A stretch of DNA of 64,000 nt, taken from NCBI GenBank assembly GCA_965248835.1, contig CBDFLJ010000002.1:224001-288000 (forward strand), given 5' to 3'. The position numbers and the translations under genes are program-made. Positions 1 through 9,510 of the stretch are shown here, one piece after another. A model generated the notes under the pieces. The model saw only the letters and a program-made list of their open reading frames with translations. It was not told the DNA's origin and ran no database searches. This stretch comes from Alphaproteobacteria bacterium. Lineage in GTDB: Bacteria; Pseudomonadota; Alphaproteobacteria; MPNO01. Numbering within the stretch: position 1 is the stretch's first letter; each line of letters starts with the position of its first letter.

Positions 1-165
1 GCGGTTCACGCCGTTCATGACCCGGCCGTGCGCGACCTCTACGGCCGGGACTTCGTCCTGATCCGCCCCGACCACCACGTCGCTTGGCGCGGCGACAGCC
101 TGCCCGGCGAGATCGAGGCCCTGCTGCGCACCGCCAGCGGTGCCGGACCGCCGCCCGGGACTTAG
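1..165 (+). CDS. FAD-dependent aromatic-ring monooxygenase, C-terminal end (gene starts outside the window)
   Basis: Frame 1 reads ...RDFVLIRPDHHVAWRGD...* (TAG 163-165). LxRPDxxVAWR is the C-terminal motif of PheA/TfdB-type hydroxylases. Confidence 0.8.
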   Translation, partial: AVHAVHDPAVRDLYGRDFVLIRPDHHVAWRGDSLPGEIEALLRTASGAGPPPGT

Positions 166-390
166 TCGGTGCATCAATTCGGAATTCTCCTAACCCATTG
201 TAAAACAAGAACCGGCCGTCAAGTGCGTAGGAATCCGCTGAGGAGAGCCGTGCGGCGCCCAACGCCTGCCGCGAGCTGATCGCCATCAACCCGACGGGCC
301 GGACGATGTAGGCCCGCCTCCCGGTCTGGCCGGACCCGCGGACCGCAACTATCCTTGCAGGCGAGACGGACCGGATGGGGAGGCTCCAAG

Positions 391-1161
391 ATGGAAAAGA
401 GCGGCAAACCGATCGTCTATGACGAGCTTTCCTGGATGGCGGCCAAGGAGCTGGTCGATGACGGCATGGACATGGTGATCATGCCCACGGGTGCGACCGA
501 GCAGCACGGCCCGCATCTGCCGATGAACGTCGACTACCTGGTCGCCTACCGGATCGCGCTCGGGGTCTCCGAGCGCACCGGGGTCCCGGTGCTGCCGCCG
601 CTGCCGATCGGCCATTCAAGTGGCCATGAAGGGATTCCGGGCACCCTGTCGCTGAGCCCGGAGACCTTCCAGAAGGTGGTCGAGGAGATTGCCGAGGGCG
701 TCTATGCCACCGGCTTTCGCCGTCTGCTGTTCCTCAACGGACACCTGCCCAACATCCACCCGCTGAACTGCTCGACGGTCAACCTGCGGGTGCGCCACCC
801 GGACTTCAAGCTTCAGGCGCTGAGTTGGTGGGACATCACGCCCGAGATTCAGAAGAAATTCTATGGCGATGAGAGCTACGGCGTGCCGCACGGCAACATC
901 GTCGAGACCTCAATCATGCGCTACTTCCGCGACGACCTGGTCGACATGACCAAAGCCAAGAAGGTCGGCGGAAGAGGTAAGAAGCTGTTCTTCTACTACC
1001 TGCTGCGCCAGGTCTCGCTGTCCGGTCACGGCGGCGACCCGAGCGGGGCCACGGTCGAGCTAGGCGAGGAGCTCTACCGGATGGCGGTCGACGGCCTGGT
1101 GCCGCAGATCGAGAAGGCACTCACCGAGGAGCCGCCGGAGCTGGCCGACGGCCTGCTCTAG
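391..1161 (+). CDS. Creatininase family amidohydrolase
   Basis: Motifs GATEQHGPHLP..D, GHSSGH..PGT, NGH..N and HG...ETS. GGAGG RBS before ATG 391. Confidence 0.9.
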   Translation: MEKSGKPIVYDELSWMAAKELVDDGMDMVIMPTGATEQHGPHLPMNVDYLVAYRIALGVSERTGVPVLPPLPIGHSSGHEGIPGTLSLSPETFQKVVEEIAEGVYATGFRRLLFLNGHLPNIHPLNCSTVNLRVRHPDFKLQALSWWDITPEIQKKFYGDESYGVPHGNIVETSIMRYFRDDLVDMTKAKKVGGRGKKLFFYYLLRQVSLSGHGGDPSGATVELGEELYRMAVDGLVPQIEKALTEEPPELADGLL

Positions 1162-1997
1162 GCTCTGGACCCATAAAAGCGCTTTATGATTCTGTTTGGA
1201 TCTGATTCAAGCTTCCAAACCATGGGAGCTTGAGGATGTCGGAGAGCTTTTGGCTGAGCGATGAGCAGTTTGGACGTCTGGCGCCGTTGTTGCCGACGGA
1301 CACGCGCGGCGTGCCGCGGGTTGACGACCGGCGGGTGATATCGGGGATCATCCATGTTCTTCAATCGGGCTGCCGGTGGAGGGATGCGCCGGCGGAATAC
1401 GGCCCTCACAAGACGCTGTACAACCGCTTTGTCCGCTGGGCGCGCAAGGGTGTATGGCAGGGCGTCTTCGTGCGGTTGGCGGAGGCTGGTGGACCGCCAG
1501 CGGCGGTGATGCTGGATTCGACCCATGTCAAGGCACACCGTTCGGCAGCAGGCGGAAAAGGGGGGCCGAGATCCAGGCGATCGGCCGCTCGCGGGGTGGG
1601 CGCACGACCAAGATCCATGCCGCCGTCGACGAGCACGGCCGGGCGCGACGGCTGATCGTCGGGGCGGGCCATCGCGGCGACGCACCGATGGCGGCGCGCC
1701 TGATCGGAGCGATGGCGCCCGGCCTGTGTATCGCCGATACCGCCTACGACAGCGACGCGCTCCGCGACCTGCTTCTCGACCGGGGCACCATCCCGGTCAT
1801 CCCCAACAATCCGACCCGCAAACGGCATCACCCGTTCGACCGTCAGGCCTACCGTCTGCGCAACGTCATCGAACGTGCCTTCGCCCGACTCAAGGACTGG
1901 CGCCGGATCGCCACCCGATACGACAAACTCGCCCTGACCTACACCGCCGCCGTCACCATCGCCGCCATCGTCATTTGTTGGTTATGAGTCTGGAGCC
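1161..1997 (+). mobile_element. IS5-family insertion sequence (two ORFs, frameshifted transposase)
   Basis: Imperfect TIRs GGCTCTGGACCCATAA (1161-1176) and TTATGAGTCTGGAGCC (1982-1997), flanked by TA within CTAG on both sides. Confidence 0.9.
1236..1987 (+). CDS. IS5-family transposase, expressed by -1 frameshift
   Basis: OrfA (WLSDEQF...GCRWRD.P..YGP..T.YNRF.RW...LDST) and OrfB (IGRSRGGRTTKIH...ADTAYD...YRLRNVIERAFARLK.WRRIATRYDK) overlap at the slippery run AAAAGGGGGG (1556-1565). OrfB is in the -1 frame. Confidence 0.9.
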
Positions 1998-1999
1998 TA

Positions 2000-3182
2000 G
2001 TCACCCGAATCTAAAGTTGGTGGCATAAGTTTTGATCGACGCGGAGGCAGAAGCGTTTGACGGCGGCGAGGATGTCGTCGGCTGATTTGGTCCATTTGAA
2101 GGGCTTGGGGTCTTCGTTGTGTTTTTCGATGAAGGCGCGGATGTCGGCTTCGAGCTGCTTCGTCGAGGTATGAACGCCGCGTCGCAGTTGCTTGCGCGTC
2201 AATTCGGCGAACCAGCGCTCGACCTGGTTGATCCAGGAGGCCGAGGTCGGCGTGAAGTGGACATGATAGTGCGGCCGCCGCGCCAGCCAGGCTCTGATCG
2301 CGGCGGTCTTGTGGGTGGCGTAGTTGTCCATGACGATGTGGATGTCGAGATCCTCGGGGACGCGGGCGTCGATCTGCTTCAGAAAGTCGAGGAACTCCCT
2401 GGCCCGGTGGCGCCTGTAGCACTTGCCGATGACGAAGCCCGTGGCGACATCGAGGGCGGCGAACAGCGAGGTCGTCCCGTGCCGGACGTAATTGTACGTC
2501 CGCCGCTCGGCCATGCCCGGCATCATCGGCAACACCGGCTGTTCGCGGTCGAGGGCCTGGATCTGGCTCTTTTCATCGACACAGAGCACCAGCGCGCGGT
2601 CCGGCGGCGACAGATAGAGCCCGACGATGTCGCGGACCTTGTCGACGAACAGCGGATCGCTCGACAGTTTGAAGGTCTGCGAGCGGTGCGGCTGCAACCC
2701 GAAGGCCGTCCAGATGCGCCGGATCGTCGTGTGCGACAGCCCGGTCTCCCGGGCCATCGAGCGGAGCGACCAATGGGTCGCATCCGCCGGCGTCGCGTTG
2801 AGCGTCCGTTCAATGACCTGTGCCACTTGATCATCCTCGATGGTCCGCGGCCGCCCCGGCCGAGGCTCATCCGACAGTCCGTCGATGCGGTCCTTCAGGA
2901 AGCGGCGGCGCCACTTGCCGACCGTGCGCTCGTGCACGCCGAGCTCGGCAGCGACCGCCTTGTTGGTCAGACCAGCCGCGCAACGCAGGATCATGCGGCA
3001 GCGGTCCGACACCGCGCGCGCGATCTGGCGACGGCGGAGCTGACGCTCGAGATACGACCGTTCTGCATCGCTCAGAACCAAAGCCGCAACCGGCCGGCCA
3101 ACGCCACGCACCATCGCAAACACCTCCAAAGCCCAACGACGATGGCCATCATATAGTGCAATTTACTTCAGTTCCAGGTGAC
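2000..3182 (-). mobile_element. IS630-family insertion sequence
   Basis: Ends TAGTCACCCGAATCTAAAGT and (reverse complement) TAGTCACCTGGAACTGAAGT. TA duplications at 1998-1999 and 3183-3184. Confidence 0.9.
2011..3114 (-). CDS. IS630-family transposase
   Basis: N-terminal HTH and DDE motifs VDEKSQIQAL, MDNYATHK, SWINQVERWF. GGAGG RBS upstream of ATG 3114. Confidence 0.95.
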   Translation of the reverse strand: MVRGVGRPVAALVLSDAERSYLERQLRRRQIARAVSDRCRMILRCAAGLTNKAVAAELGVHERTVGKWRRRFLKDRIDGLSDEPRPGRPRTIEDDQVAQVIERTLNATPADATHWSLRSMARETGLSHTTIRRIWTAFGLQPHRSQTFKLSSDPLFVDKVRDIVGLYLSPPDRALVLCVDEKSQIQALDREQPVLPMMPGMAERRTYNYVRHGTTSLFAALDVATGFVIGKCYRRHRAREFLDFLKQIDARVPEDLDIHIVMDNYATHKTAAIRAWLARRPHYHVHFTPTSASWINQVERWFAELTRKQLRRGVHTSTKQLEADIRAFIEKHNEDPKPFKWTKSADDILAAVKRFCLRVDQNLCHQL

Positions 3183-3315
3183 TAGCGTTGCGGCTCCAAC
3201 GCTTGTTTTCCGTGGTTCAATTCCGAGGGCTCGGACTTCCGCCCCAAACAACAAAGAGCAAAATAAATCGGGAAGTTACGAGACCCTGGACTGCGATCAT
3301 GAGCAATGGGTTGCG

Positions 3316-3456
3316 GTGGCGCGTCGGACACGCCTGTTCTGGTCGGAGGACGAAAAGCGCCGGATCGTGGCGCAGACCTATGCGCCCGGCGTTTCGGTGT
3401 CCCAGGTTGGGCACCGTTACGACGTCAACGCCAACCCGATCTTCAAGTGGCGTCGT
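3316..3456 (+). pseudogene. IS66-type TnpA (HTH accessory protein) fragment
   Basis: RRTRLFWSEDEKRRIVAQTYAPGVSVSQVGHRYDVNANPIFKWRR matches IS66 OrfA. Similarity then stops, and no tnpB/tnpC follows. Confidence 0.75.
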
Positions 3457-3750
3457 GTGCGGACGCCTCCCTGGATGCAAGCAGTTTTGGTCGGGTCTGG
3501 ACCATGCGGTCACCGCTCAGATGCACATAGGCCCATGAACGCGGACAATGCTCGCGTGGTCGCAAAGCTTGTTGTGCATTTCGGCTGCAATCCAATGCAG
3601 ATTTTCGTTCACCGGGAGCCGGCCATCCGTGGTCATGATGTAGGACTGCAGGGGACCCAGCGCGGTAGAGGGCGTTTGAAGAGAGAAAAAATTCTCCACA
3701 TGGAGGCAGGTCCAGTCAAGTACCAGCACGGCATGAATATTGTCACTGGG

Positions 3751-4764
3751 TTACAGTTTACTGGTTGTAATCACCAATTTGCCGAAATGTTGGTCCTCGC
3801 CCATGGCATTAAAGGCTGCCCGGGCATCTTCGAAGGCAAAAGTCCGGTCGATCACGGGCCTCATCTGGTTCGCGGCGATTGCCGCGTTCATATCGCGGAA
3901 CATCTCCCGGCTACCAACAAAGATACCTGACAAGCGGATCGATTTGCGCAGCAGGGGCTGCGGGTTTACCTTCCCCTCCGTCAGCGAGCCGATCATCCCG
4001 ATGTGCCCGCCAAAGCCCGTCGCGCCGATTGATTTCTGCAGCGTGCCGGGGCCGCCGACTTCGACCACCTGATCGACCCCCAGCCCGTCCGTCAAATCCA
4101 TCACCGCTTCGTCCCAGTCAGGCGTATCGACGTAGTTGACGGTTTCATCGGCACCCATTCCGCGCGCCCGTTGCAGTTTTTCGTCGCTTTTGGAAGTAAC
4201 GATGACCCGCGCGCCCATCATTTTGGAAAACTGGAGTGCGAAGATCGACACCCCGCCGGTCCCCAGCACCAGTACGGTATCACCGGCTTTCAAACCGCCC
4301 TGTACCACCAGGGCGTTCCACGCGGTCACGGCGGCGACGGTAAGTGTGCTGGCTTCCTCCCAGGTCAGGTGTTCGGGTACCGACACCAACGCCGTATGCG
4401 GTAGGATCGCCTCCTCGGATAACATACCCTCCTCCGCACCGCCCAGCGCGCTTGCCATGACCGGCGCGCGCATCCGGCCCGCTTCCCAGCGCTTGAAGAA
4501 ACAGCTTGCAACCCGGTCGCCCGGCCTGAAGCCCGTTACACCTTCGCCCACAGCCACCACTTCGCCCGCGGCATCGGAGTTTGGAATACGCGGCAGCGGC
4601 GTATTGCGTTCGCTGGGCGCGCTCACCGTTTTGAAATCGCGACGGTTGATGGACGACGCTTTCACCCTGAATCGCACCTCTCCAGGCCCCGGCTCACCGA
4701 TATCGATATCGACTAGTTTGAGAGCATCAATTCCATCGTCGTTTTCTATCCGCCAAGCTTTCAT
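3751..4764 (-). CDS. MDR-family NAD(P)-dependent oxidoreductase (alcohol dehydrogenase-like)
   Basis: MKAWRI...PGPGEV...P.SD.AGEVVAVG...GTGGVS...HFGKLVI. Start at ATG 4764 with GGAG RBS. Confidence 0.9.
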   Translation of the reverse strand: MKAWRIENDDGIDALKLVDIDIGEPGPGEVRFRVKASSINRRDFKTVSAPSERNTPLPRIPNSDAAGEVVAVGEGVTGFRPGDRVASCFFKRWEAGRMRAPVMASALGGAEEGMLSEEAILPHTALVSVPEHLTWEEASTLTVAAVTAWNALVVQGGLKAGDTVLVLGTGGVSIFALQFSKMMGARVIVTSKSDEKLQRARGMGADETVNYVDTPDWDEAVMDLTDGLGVDQVVEVGGPGTLQKSIGATGFGGHIGMIGSLTEGKVNPQPLLRKSIRLSGIFVGSREMFRDMNAAIAANQMRPVIDRTFAFEDARAAFNAMGEDQHFGKLVITTSKL

Positions 4765-4840
4765 TACAGTCTCCGGGTATTTCGTTTGATCTAAAGACGG
4801 CATGCGGCGACTGCCGGCGGGAACCAGACGGTCGCCCCCG

Positions 4841-5977
4841 TCAGGGAAGATCGACGGTCCACGCGTCATACGCATATACCCAGTCCGGGTCGGTCTTTTC
4901 GCGCATGAAATCGTTGCGGTGCGACGTCGCCTGAACCTTGGAGGTCCGCGGTTTCCGCACCGTTTCGAATCGTTTAAACGCGGCCGAGAAATCATCGGTT
5001 CCGCCATCGGCAAGGCAGCGCGACAATACCGCCGCGTCCTCCAGCGCATTCGCCGCCCCCTGCGCCATATAGGGCGTCATGGGATGGCAGGCATCGCCCA
5101 ACAGGGTGACATTGCCGTCGTTCCATGTCGGCAGGGGATCGCGTTCGAAAATCGCCCATTTATGGACCGACGGGCAGGCGTTCAGCACGGCGCGCACATC
5201 CGGGTGGAAGTGGGCGAACGCCGCCCGAAGTTCGTTTACATCGCCGGTGGCGGACCAGGACTCTACCTGAAAACCCGGCTCCGGCTGGCTCGTCGTGAAG
5301 TAGATTTCATCCGGTGCGGCGGTAACGTAGTAGATGATGATATGCCGGTCCGGGCCCCACCATTTGGCGCAGCCATCCATCAATTCGTGCCCATTCATCA
5401 GCGATGCCGGAAACACCGTCCGGTAGGCCAGACGCCCGGTGAACTGCGGCGGTTCGGCATCGAGCATCCAGTCGCGGACCACCGAATGCACGCCATCCGA
5501 CGCGATCACCGCATCGGCAGCCACGGTCTCGCCGTTCTCGAAAGTCAGCGTCACGCAGCTCTTAGACTGATCGATGCCGGAAAGCTTGTGATCATAGCGG
5601 ATCGTCTCGTCCGGGACGACGCCGTGCAGCGACGCATGAAGATCGCCGCGATGCATCAGCAGGTAGGGGACGCCGTATCGCTTTAACGCGTCGGGGCCGA
5701 GCGGATGATCGTTGGTCAGATTGCCGGTGTCGAAGTCCCGGTTACGAAAGTGCGGCGGCTCGAAGGCATCGGTGCGGATCCTGTCGCCAACGCCGATGGC
5801 ATACAATACCCGCATGGCATTGGGGGTCATCTGGATACCGGCCCCGATGCGCGCGAATGCCGGCGCCTGCTCGTAGATCGTGGTCTCGATCCCCACCTTG
5901 CGCAGACAGGCCGAAGCGGCCAGCCCGCCAATGCCGGCGCCGATGATGGCGATGTTGGGGTGCCTACTGGTCGTCAT
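4841..5977 (-). CDS. Group A flavin monooxygenase, 6-hydroxynicotinate 3-monooxygenase (NicC)/salicylate hydroxylase-like
   Basis: FAD motifs GAGIGG, DG.HS.VR and GDACHPM.P.MAQGA. The segment CAKWWGPDRHIIIYY resembles NicC. Confidence 0.8.
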   Translation of the reverse strand: MTTSRHPNIAIIGAGIGGLAASACLRKVGIETTIYEQAPAFARIGAGIQMTPNAMRVLYAIGVGDRIRTDAFEPPHFRNRDFDTGNLTNDHPLGPDALKRYGVPYLLMHRGDLHASLHGVVPDETIRYDHKLSGIDQSKSCVTLTFENGETVAADAVIASDGVHSVVRDWMLDAEPPQFTGRLAYRTVFPASLMNGHELMDGCAKWWGPDRHIIIYYVTAAPDEIYFTTSQPEPGFQVESWSATGDVNELRAAFAHFHPDVRAVLNACPSVHKWAIFERDPLPTWNDGNVTLLGDACHPMTPYMAQGAANALEDAAVLSRCLADGGTDDFSAAFKRFETVRKPRTSKVQATSHRNDFMREKTDPDWVYAYDAWTVDLP

Positions 5978-6402
5978 GAAGGTCTCTTGCTGATCCCCGC
6001 GTGCGGGTCAGTCCAGGCCGAGGAACTTGTTGCTGAATTCCGCGTCGTTCGAGCCGACATTCCCCAGATGACGCCCAAACCCGGCCCCGATGGTAGCAGT
6101 AGAGGTCCCATCCTGGAACCATGGGCGGCATTTCTGCCCGGCGAACCGAGTTTTCGACCGACGGATCGGCTTTGACAGCCCAATTCCGCTCGATTTCCTC
6201 CGCTCCGGACACATGTCTGCCTCCGTCATCTCGGTTTTTCCTCCGTTCTGGCCGTTGCCGGGGACGGTCGCCGCAGTCCGTCGATCAGTCCCGGGATGCT
6301 TCGGAACAGATCGCGGGACGGCGTCATCAAGGCGTTGCTTCATCTGGGGAATAGGGGTCCAATACTACCCGCCAACAGATTGCGACGGTTTCGGAGGCTC
6401 TC

Positions 6403-7050
6403 ATGCCGGATACGCCGAATTGGCACATCGTAGGGGATTGGTTCGACAACTGCAGTTGTGCCGTCGCCTGTCCATGCACGTTCGCGCAACCGCCGGATAA
6501 CGGCTATTGCGAAGGGGTCCTCCTTTGGCACGTCACGCGTGGGCATTATGGGGACACTGTCCTCGACGACCTCGTCTTCGTGCGGGTCGGCCGCTGGGAG
6601 GGCGACTTGTGGGCCGGCAAGGTCAAGGGTCAGGCTGGTGTTTTTGTCGATGATCGCGCCGATGATGCTCAGGCCGAGGCCTTGTCGGCAATCATCGGCG
6701 GTCGCGCCGGCGGCTTCATGGGCAAAGTGAACGCCTTGTTCACCGAAGGCCGAACGATCCGCGGCATCGAGCGCGCCAAGATATCCTTCGATATTGCCCC
6801 TGACCAGTCACGCTGGGGCGTTGACATTGCGGGCAAGGTCAAGGCCTGGGCGGAGGCCCTGACCGGACCGACCAGCAATCCTGGCGAATACCCGCGGCTG
6901 GCCAACGCGCCGGGGTCGGAAACCGGACCCGGGCCACAGCTGGTAACCTGGGGGAAGTCGACCGTGTGTCACGTCGACGCCTTCGGCTTCGACTTTTCCT
7001 GGGGCATCAACTCCGCCAAGCACATCCCGTTCGATTGGACAGGACCGTAA
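6403..7050 (+). CDS. DUF1326 family protein
   Basis: W...GDWFDNCSCAVACPCTFAQPP..G.CEG signature. GGAGG RBS. Confidence 0.85.
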   Translation: MPDTPNWHIVGDWFDNCSCAVACPCTFAQPPDNGYCEGVLLWHVTRGHYGDTVLDDLVFVRVGRWEGDLWAGKVKGQAGVFVDDRADDAQAEALSAIIGGRAGGFMGKVNALFTEGRTIRGIERAKISFDIAPDQSRWGVDIAGKVKAWAEALTGPTSNPGEYPRLANAPGSETGPGPQLVTWGKSTVCHVDAFGFDFSWGINSAKHIPFDWTGP

Positions 7051-7107
7051 GTCTTTGGCAAGGGTGCTGAGGCGGTCGCGCAGCCCGTCACCCCTCGGCA
7101 TGACCAG

Positions 7108-7866
7108 TCAAAGCAAAATCGCGGCACCAGCGGAAAGCAGGGCTGCGCCGAACACCCGAGTGAGCCAACGCGGCAGCCGCGGCCATTTTTCGAGAGCCAC
7201 CACGAGGGTAAGGAACACGATCCAGATCGGATTCATGACACCCGCAACGAACAGGAGGAGCATGAGCGCCCAGCAGCATCCCGCGCAGTAGAGGCCGTGC
7301 TTCAGCCCCATCGCCAGGGCGCCGCGTGTGCCATCGCGCCATTCCGCCATCAGAAAACCGACCGGCGTCCGGCAACGCCTCAGGCAGGCCTGCTTCAACG
7401 GCGTCAGTTGATAGAGGCCCGCAAGGATAAGCACACCTGCAGTCAGCCATTCAGAGCTGCTAACGATCGTCGGCGTCAGCATACCGCTAGCCTGCAGTCC
7501 CCACTGCGCACCGGCGGTGAGCGCGGAATACCCTATCCACACGACAAGATAGGCGCCGGCGAAGGCCAATGACCGCGATGTCGCCCGCCCGGCCTGCGCA
7601 TTGCGGCGTTCCAGAGAATCGAATGTCAGGATCATGGGGGCGGCCGCGGGCAGCATCATGGCAACCATCATGCCTCCCCACATGACGAAAACGGCAACCA
7701 CCGTCGCCCGGGACCATGCGGCATCGACCGGCATCATCAACGCGACGACCGGATGCGACATGCTGAGCGTCATCCAAGCGACGAATGCCCAGCTCGCAAC
7801 GAAGACAAGCCCCATTGCCGTCAAAATTTCAGCTTGGCGAAGAAACTGGCGGACAACCGCGTGCAT
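7108..7866 (-). CDS. DUF2182 predicted metal-binding integral membrane protein
   Basis: MW..MMVAMMLP, YQLTPLKQACLRRCR.P, HG.YC.GCCWALM, ALEK. Confidence 0.85.
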   Translation of the reverse strand: MHAVVRQFLRQAEILTAMGLVFVASWAFVAWMTLSMSHPVVALMMPVDAAWSRATVVAVFVMWGGMMVAMMLPAAAPMILTFDSLERRNAQAGRATSRSLAFAGAYLVVWIGYSALTAGAQWGLQASGMLTPTIVSSSEWLTAGVLILAGLYQLTPLKQACLRRCRTPVGFLMAEWRDGTRGALAMGLKHGLYCAGCCWALMLLLFVAGVMNPIWIVFLTLVVALEKWPRLPRWLTRVFGAALLSAGAAILL

Positions 7867-7904
7867 CACCAATCGCTCCCAGATGCATGGGCACAAACGA
7901 TTTT

Positions 7905-8240
7905 AGCGCGTCGTCCTATCCGGATGGATCATAGGGGGATTCTCAGAGTGTAGGATCTGTGATCCAAGATGTTCGCCGGGGAAGGAGGCCGGCGGAGATG
8001 CCGAAAGCGCTTTCCCTTGATCTTCGGGCTCGGGTTCTTGCGGCGGTGGCGGAGGGCCTGAGCCATCGGGCTGCGGCAGCACGGTTCGGCGCGAGCGCAG
8101 CCAGTGTCAGCCGGTGGCGTACTCTGGAGCGCGAACAGGGCGATGCGCGCCCCAGGGCGCCGCGCGGCGAGCGCCTCCGGATGGCGCTGCCTCATGGACA
8201 CTGGAACACCACGACCTTCGCCGCCGCTGGATACAGACCT
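7905..8240 (+). pseudogene. Internally deleted IS630-family remnant
   Basis: ATG 7998: MPKALSLDLRARVLAAV (HTH) is joined directly to RGERLRMALPHGHWNTTTF (DDE-domain segment); the rest is missing. Boundaries approximate. Confidence 0.75.
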
Positions 8241-8268
8241 ATAGGATCGGTTTCTGCTCTAATCGGGG

Positions 8269-9432
8269 TCAGACGACTTCCGGGACGCGCTCGGCCGGCG
8301 GAGTGTTGCGGCTGCGCCCGCTGGCCACCTTGCCGTCGATGATCACCATGCCGACGCCGGGGATATCGCCCATCTCGACCGAGTCCAGCATATCCTTGCC
8401 GGCGCTGTGCTGGGCGCGGTCGAGCAGCGCGAAGTCAGCCGCGCGGCCGACCTCGATCAGCCCGCAGTCGAGGTCGCGCACCCGTGCGGTGTTGCCGGTC
8501 GCGAAGCAGAACGCGGTCTCGGCCGGGACCTCGCCCAGCGCCGAAAGCATCGCAACCATGCGGATGATGCCGAGCGGCTGCACGCCCGACCCGGCCGGGC
8601 CGTCGGTGCCGAGGATCACTCGCGGCAGCTCGCCGAGCTCGCGCGCGATGCGCAGCGCAAACAGCGCCGCCTTCTCGTTGCCGTTGTGGACGATCTCGAT
8701 CCCCGCCTGGCACTGCTCGCACAGGCAGGCGATCTGATCGAGCGGCAGCGCGGTATGGCCGCCGTTGATGTGGCCGATGATGTCCGCACCGGCCTCCAGC
8801 ACAACGTCCTTGTCGATCAGGCCCGAGCCCGGGATCGACGGGCCGCCGGTGTGGATGGTCGATTGGATGCCGTACTTGCGCGCCCACTCGACCATGGTGC
8901 GCGCCTCGGCGCCCGCCTTGACCCCGCCGAGCCCGATCTCGCCCAGGAGCTTCACCCCGGCCTCGGCCATGAACCGGAAGTCGTCCTCGACCATGCCGGT
9001 CTCGAGGATCGGCGCGCCGGCGTGGACTTTCACCCCGCCGATGGGAAAGGCCGAGAACGCGCGCTGCGCCGTGATGGCCAGCGCGACGACGCCCTTGGGA
9101 TCGCGCGGCCGGCCGGGCAAATGGACCTCGCCGGCGGAAATCATGGTCGTCACCCCGCCGTGCATCGAGCTGTCGATCCAGTTGAGCTGGCTCTGGCGCG
9201 GGGTCCAGTCGCCGAAGACCGGATGGACGTGGCTGTCGATCAGCCCTGGGCAGAGCGTCACCCCTTTGGCATCGACGGTGGTCGTGGCGTCCCCGGTATC
9301 GCAATCGCCTTGCTTGCCGAAGGCCGTGATCCGACCGTCCTCGGCGACCAGCGTGTCGGCATCGATGACCGGGGCTTCCAGCGCGCCCGACAGCATCAGG
9401 CCGATATTCTTGATGACCAGCTTCTCCGCCAT
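8269..9432 (-). CDS. Enamidase-like metal-dependent amidohydrolase
   Basis: IKNIG..SG, PGLIDSHVH, HGGVTTMISAG, HTGG.SIPGS, HINGG, GDIPG, SRNTPPA: collinear with enamidase. Confidence 0.85.
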   Translation of the reverse strand: MAEKLVIKNIGLMLSGALEAPVIDADTLVAEDGRITAFGKQGDCDTGDATTTVDAKGVTLCPGLIDSHVHPVFGDWTPRQSQLNWIDSSMHGGVTTMISAGEVHLPGRPRDPKGVVALAITAQRAFSAFPIGGVKVHAGAPILETGMVEDDFRFMAEAGVKLLGEIGLGGVKAGAEARTMVEWARKYGIQSTIHTGGPSIPGSGLIDKDVVLEAGADIIGHINGGHTALPLDQIACLCEQCQAGIEIVHNGNEKAALFALRIARELGELPRVILGTDGPAGSGVQPLGIIRMVAMLSALGEVPAETAFCFATGNTARVRDLDCGLIEVGRAADFALLDRAQHSAGKDMLDSVEMGDIPGVGMVIIDGKVASGRSRNTPPAERVPEVV

Positions 9433-9510
9433 GACGCGGCCCACCCCTTGGTTGCGGTTACGATGACGGGCCGGAGGATTGCGAAATTCGCCGGCGCGTT
9501 CAAGGCCGGC

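Noticed and set aside
3517-3729. 70-aa ORF downstream of the dehydrogenase
   Set aside because: No motif and no clear RBS; cannot be supported.
3178-3930. 250-aa ORF as an intact gene
   Set aside because: Chimera of an IS end, the IS66 fragment and antisense dehydrogenase sequence.
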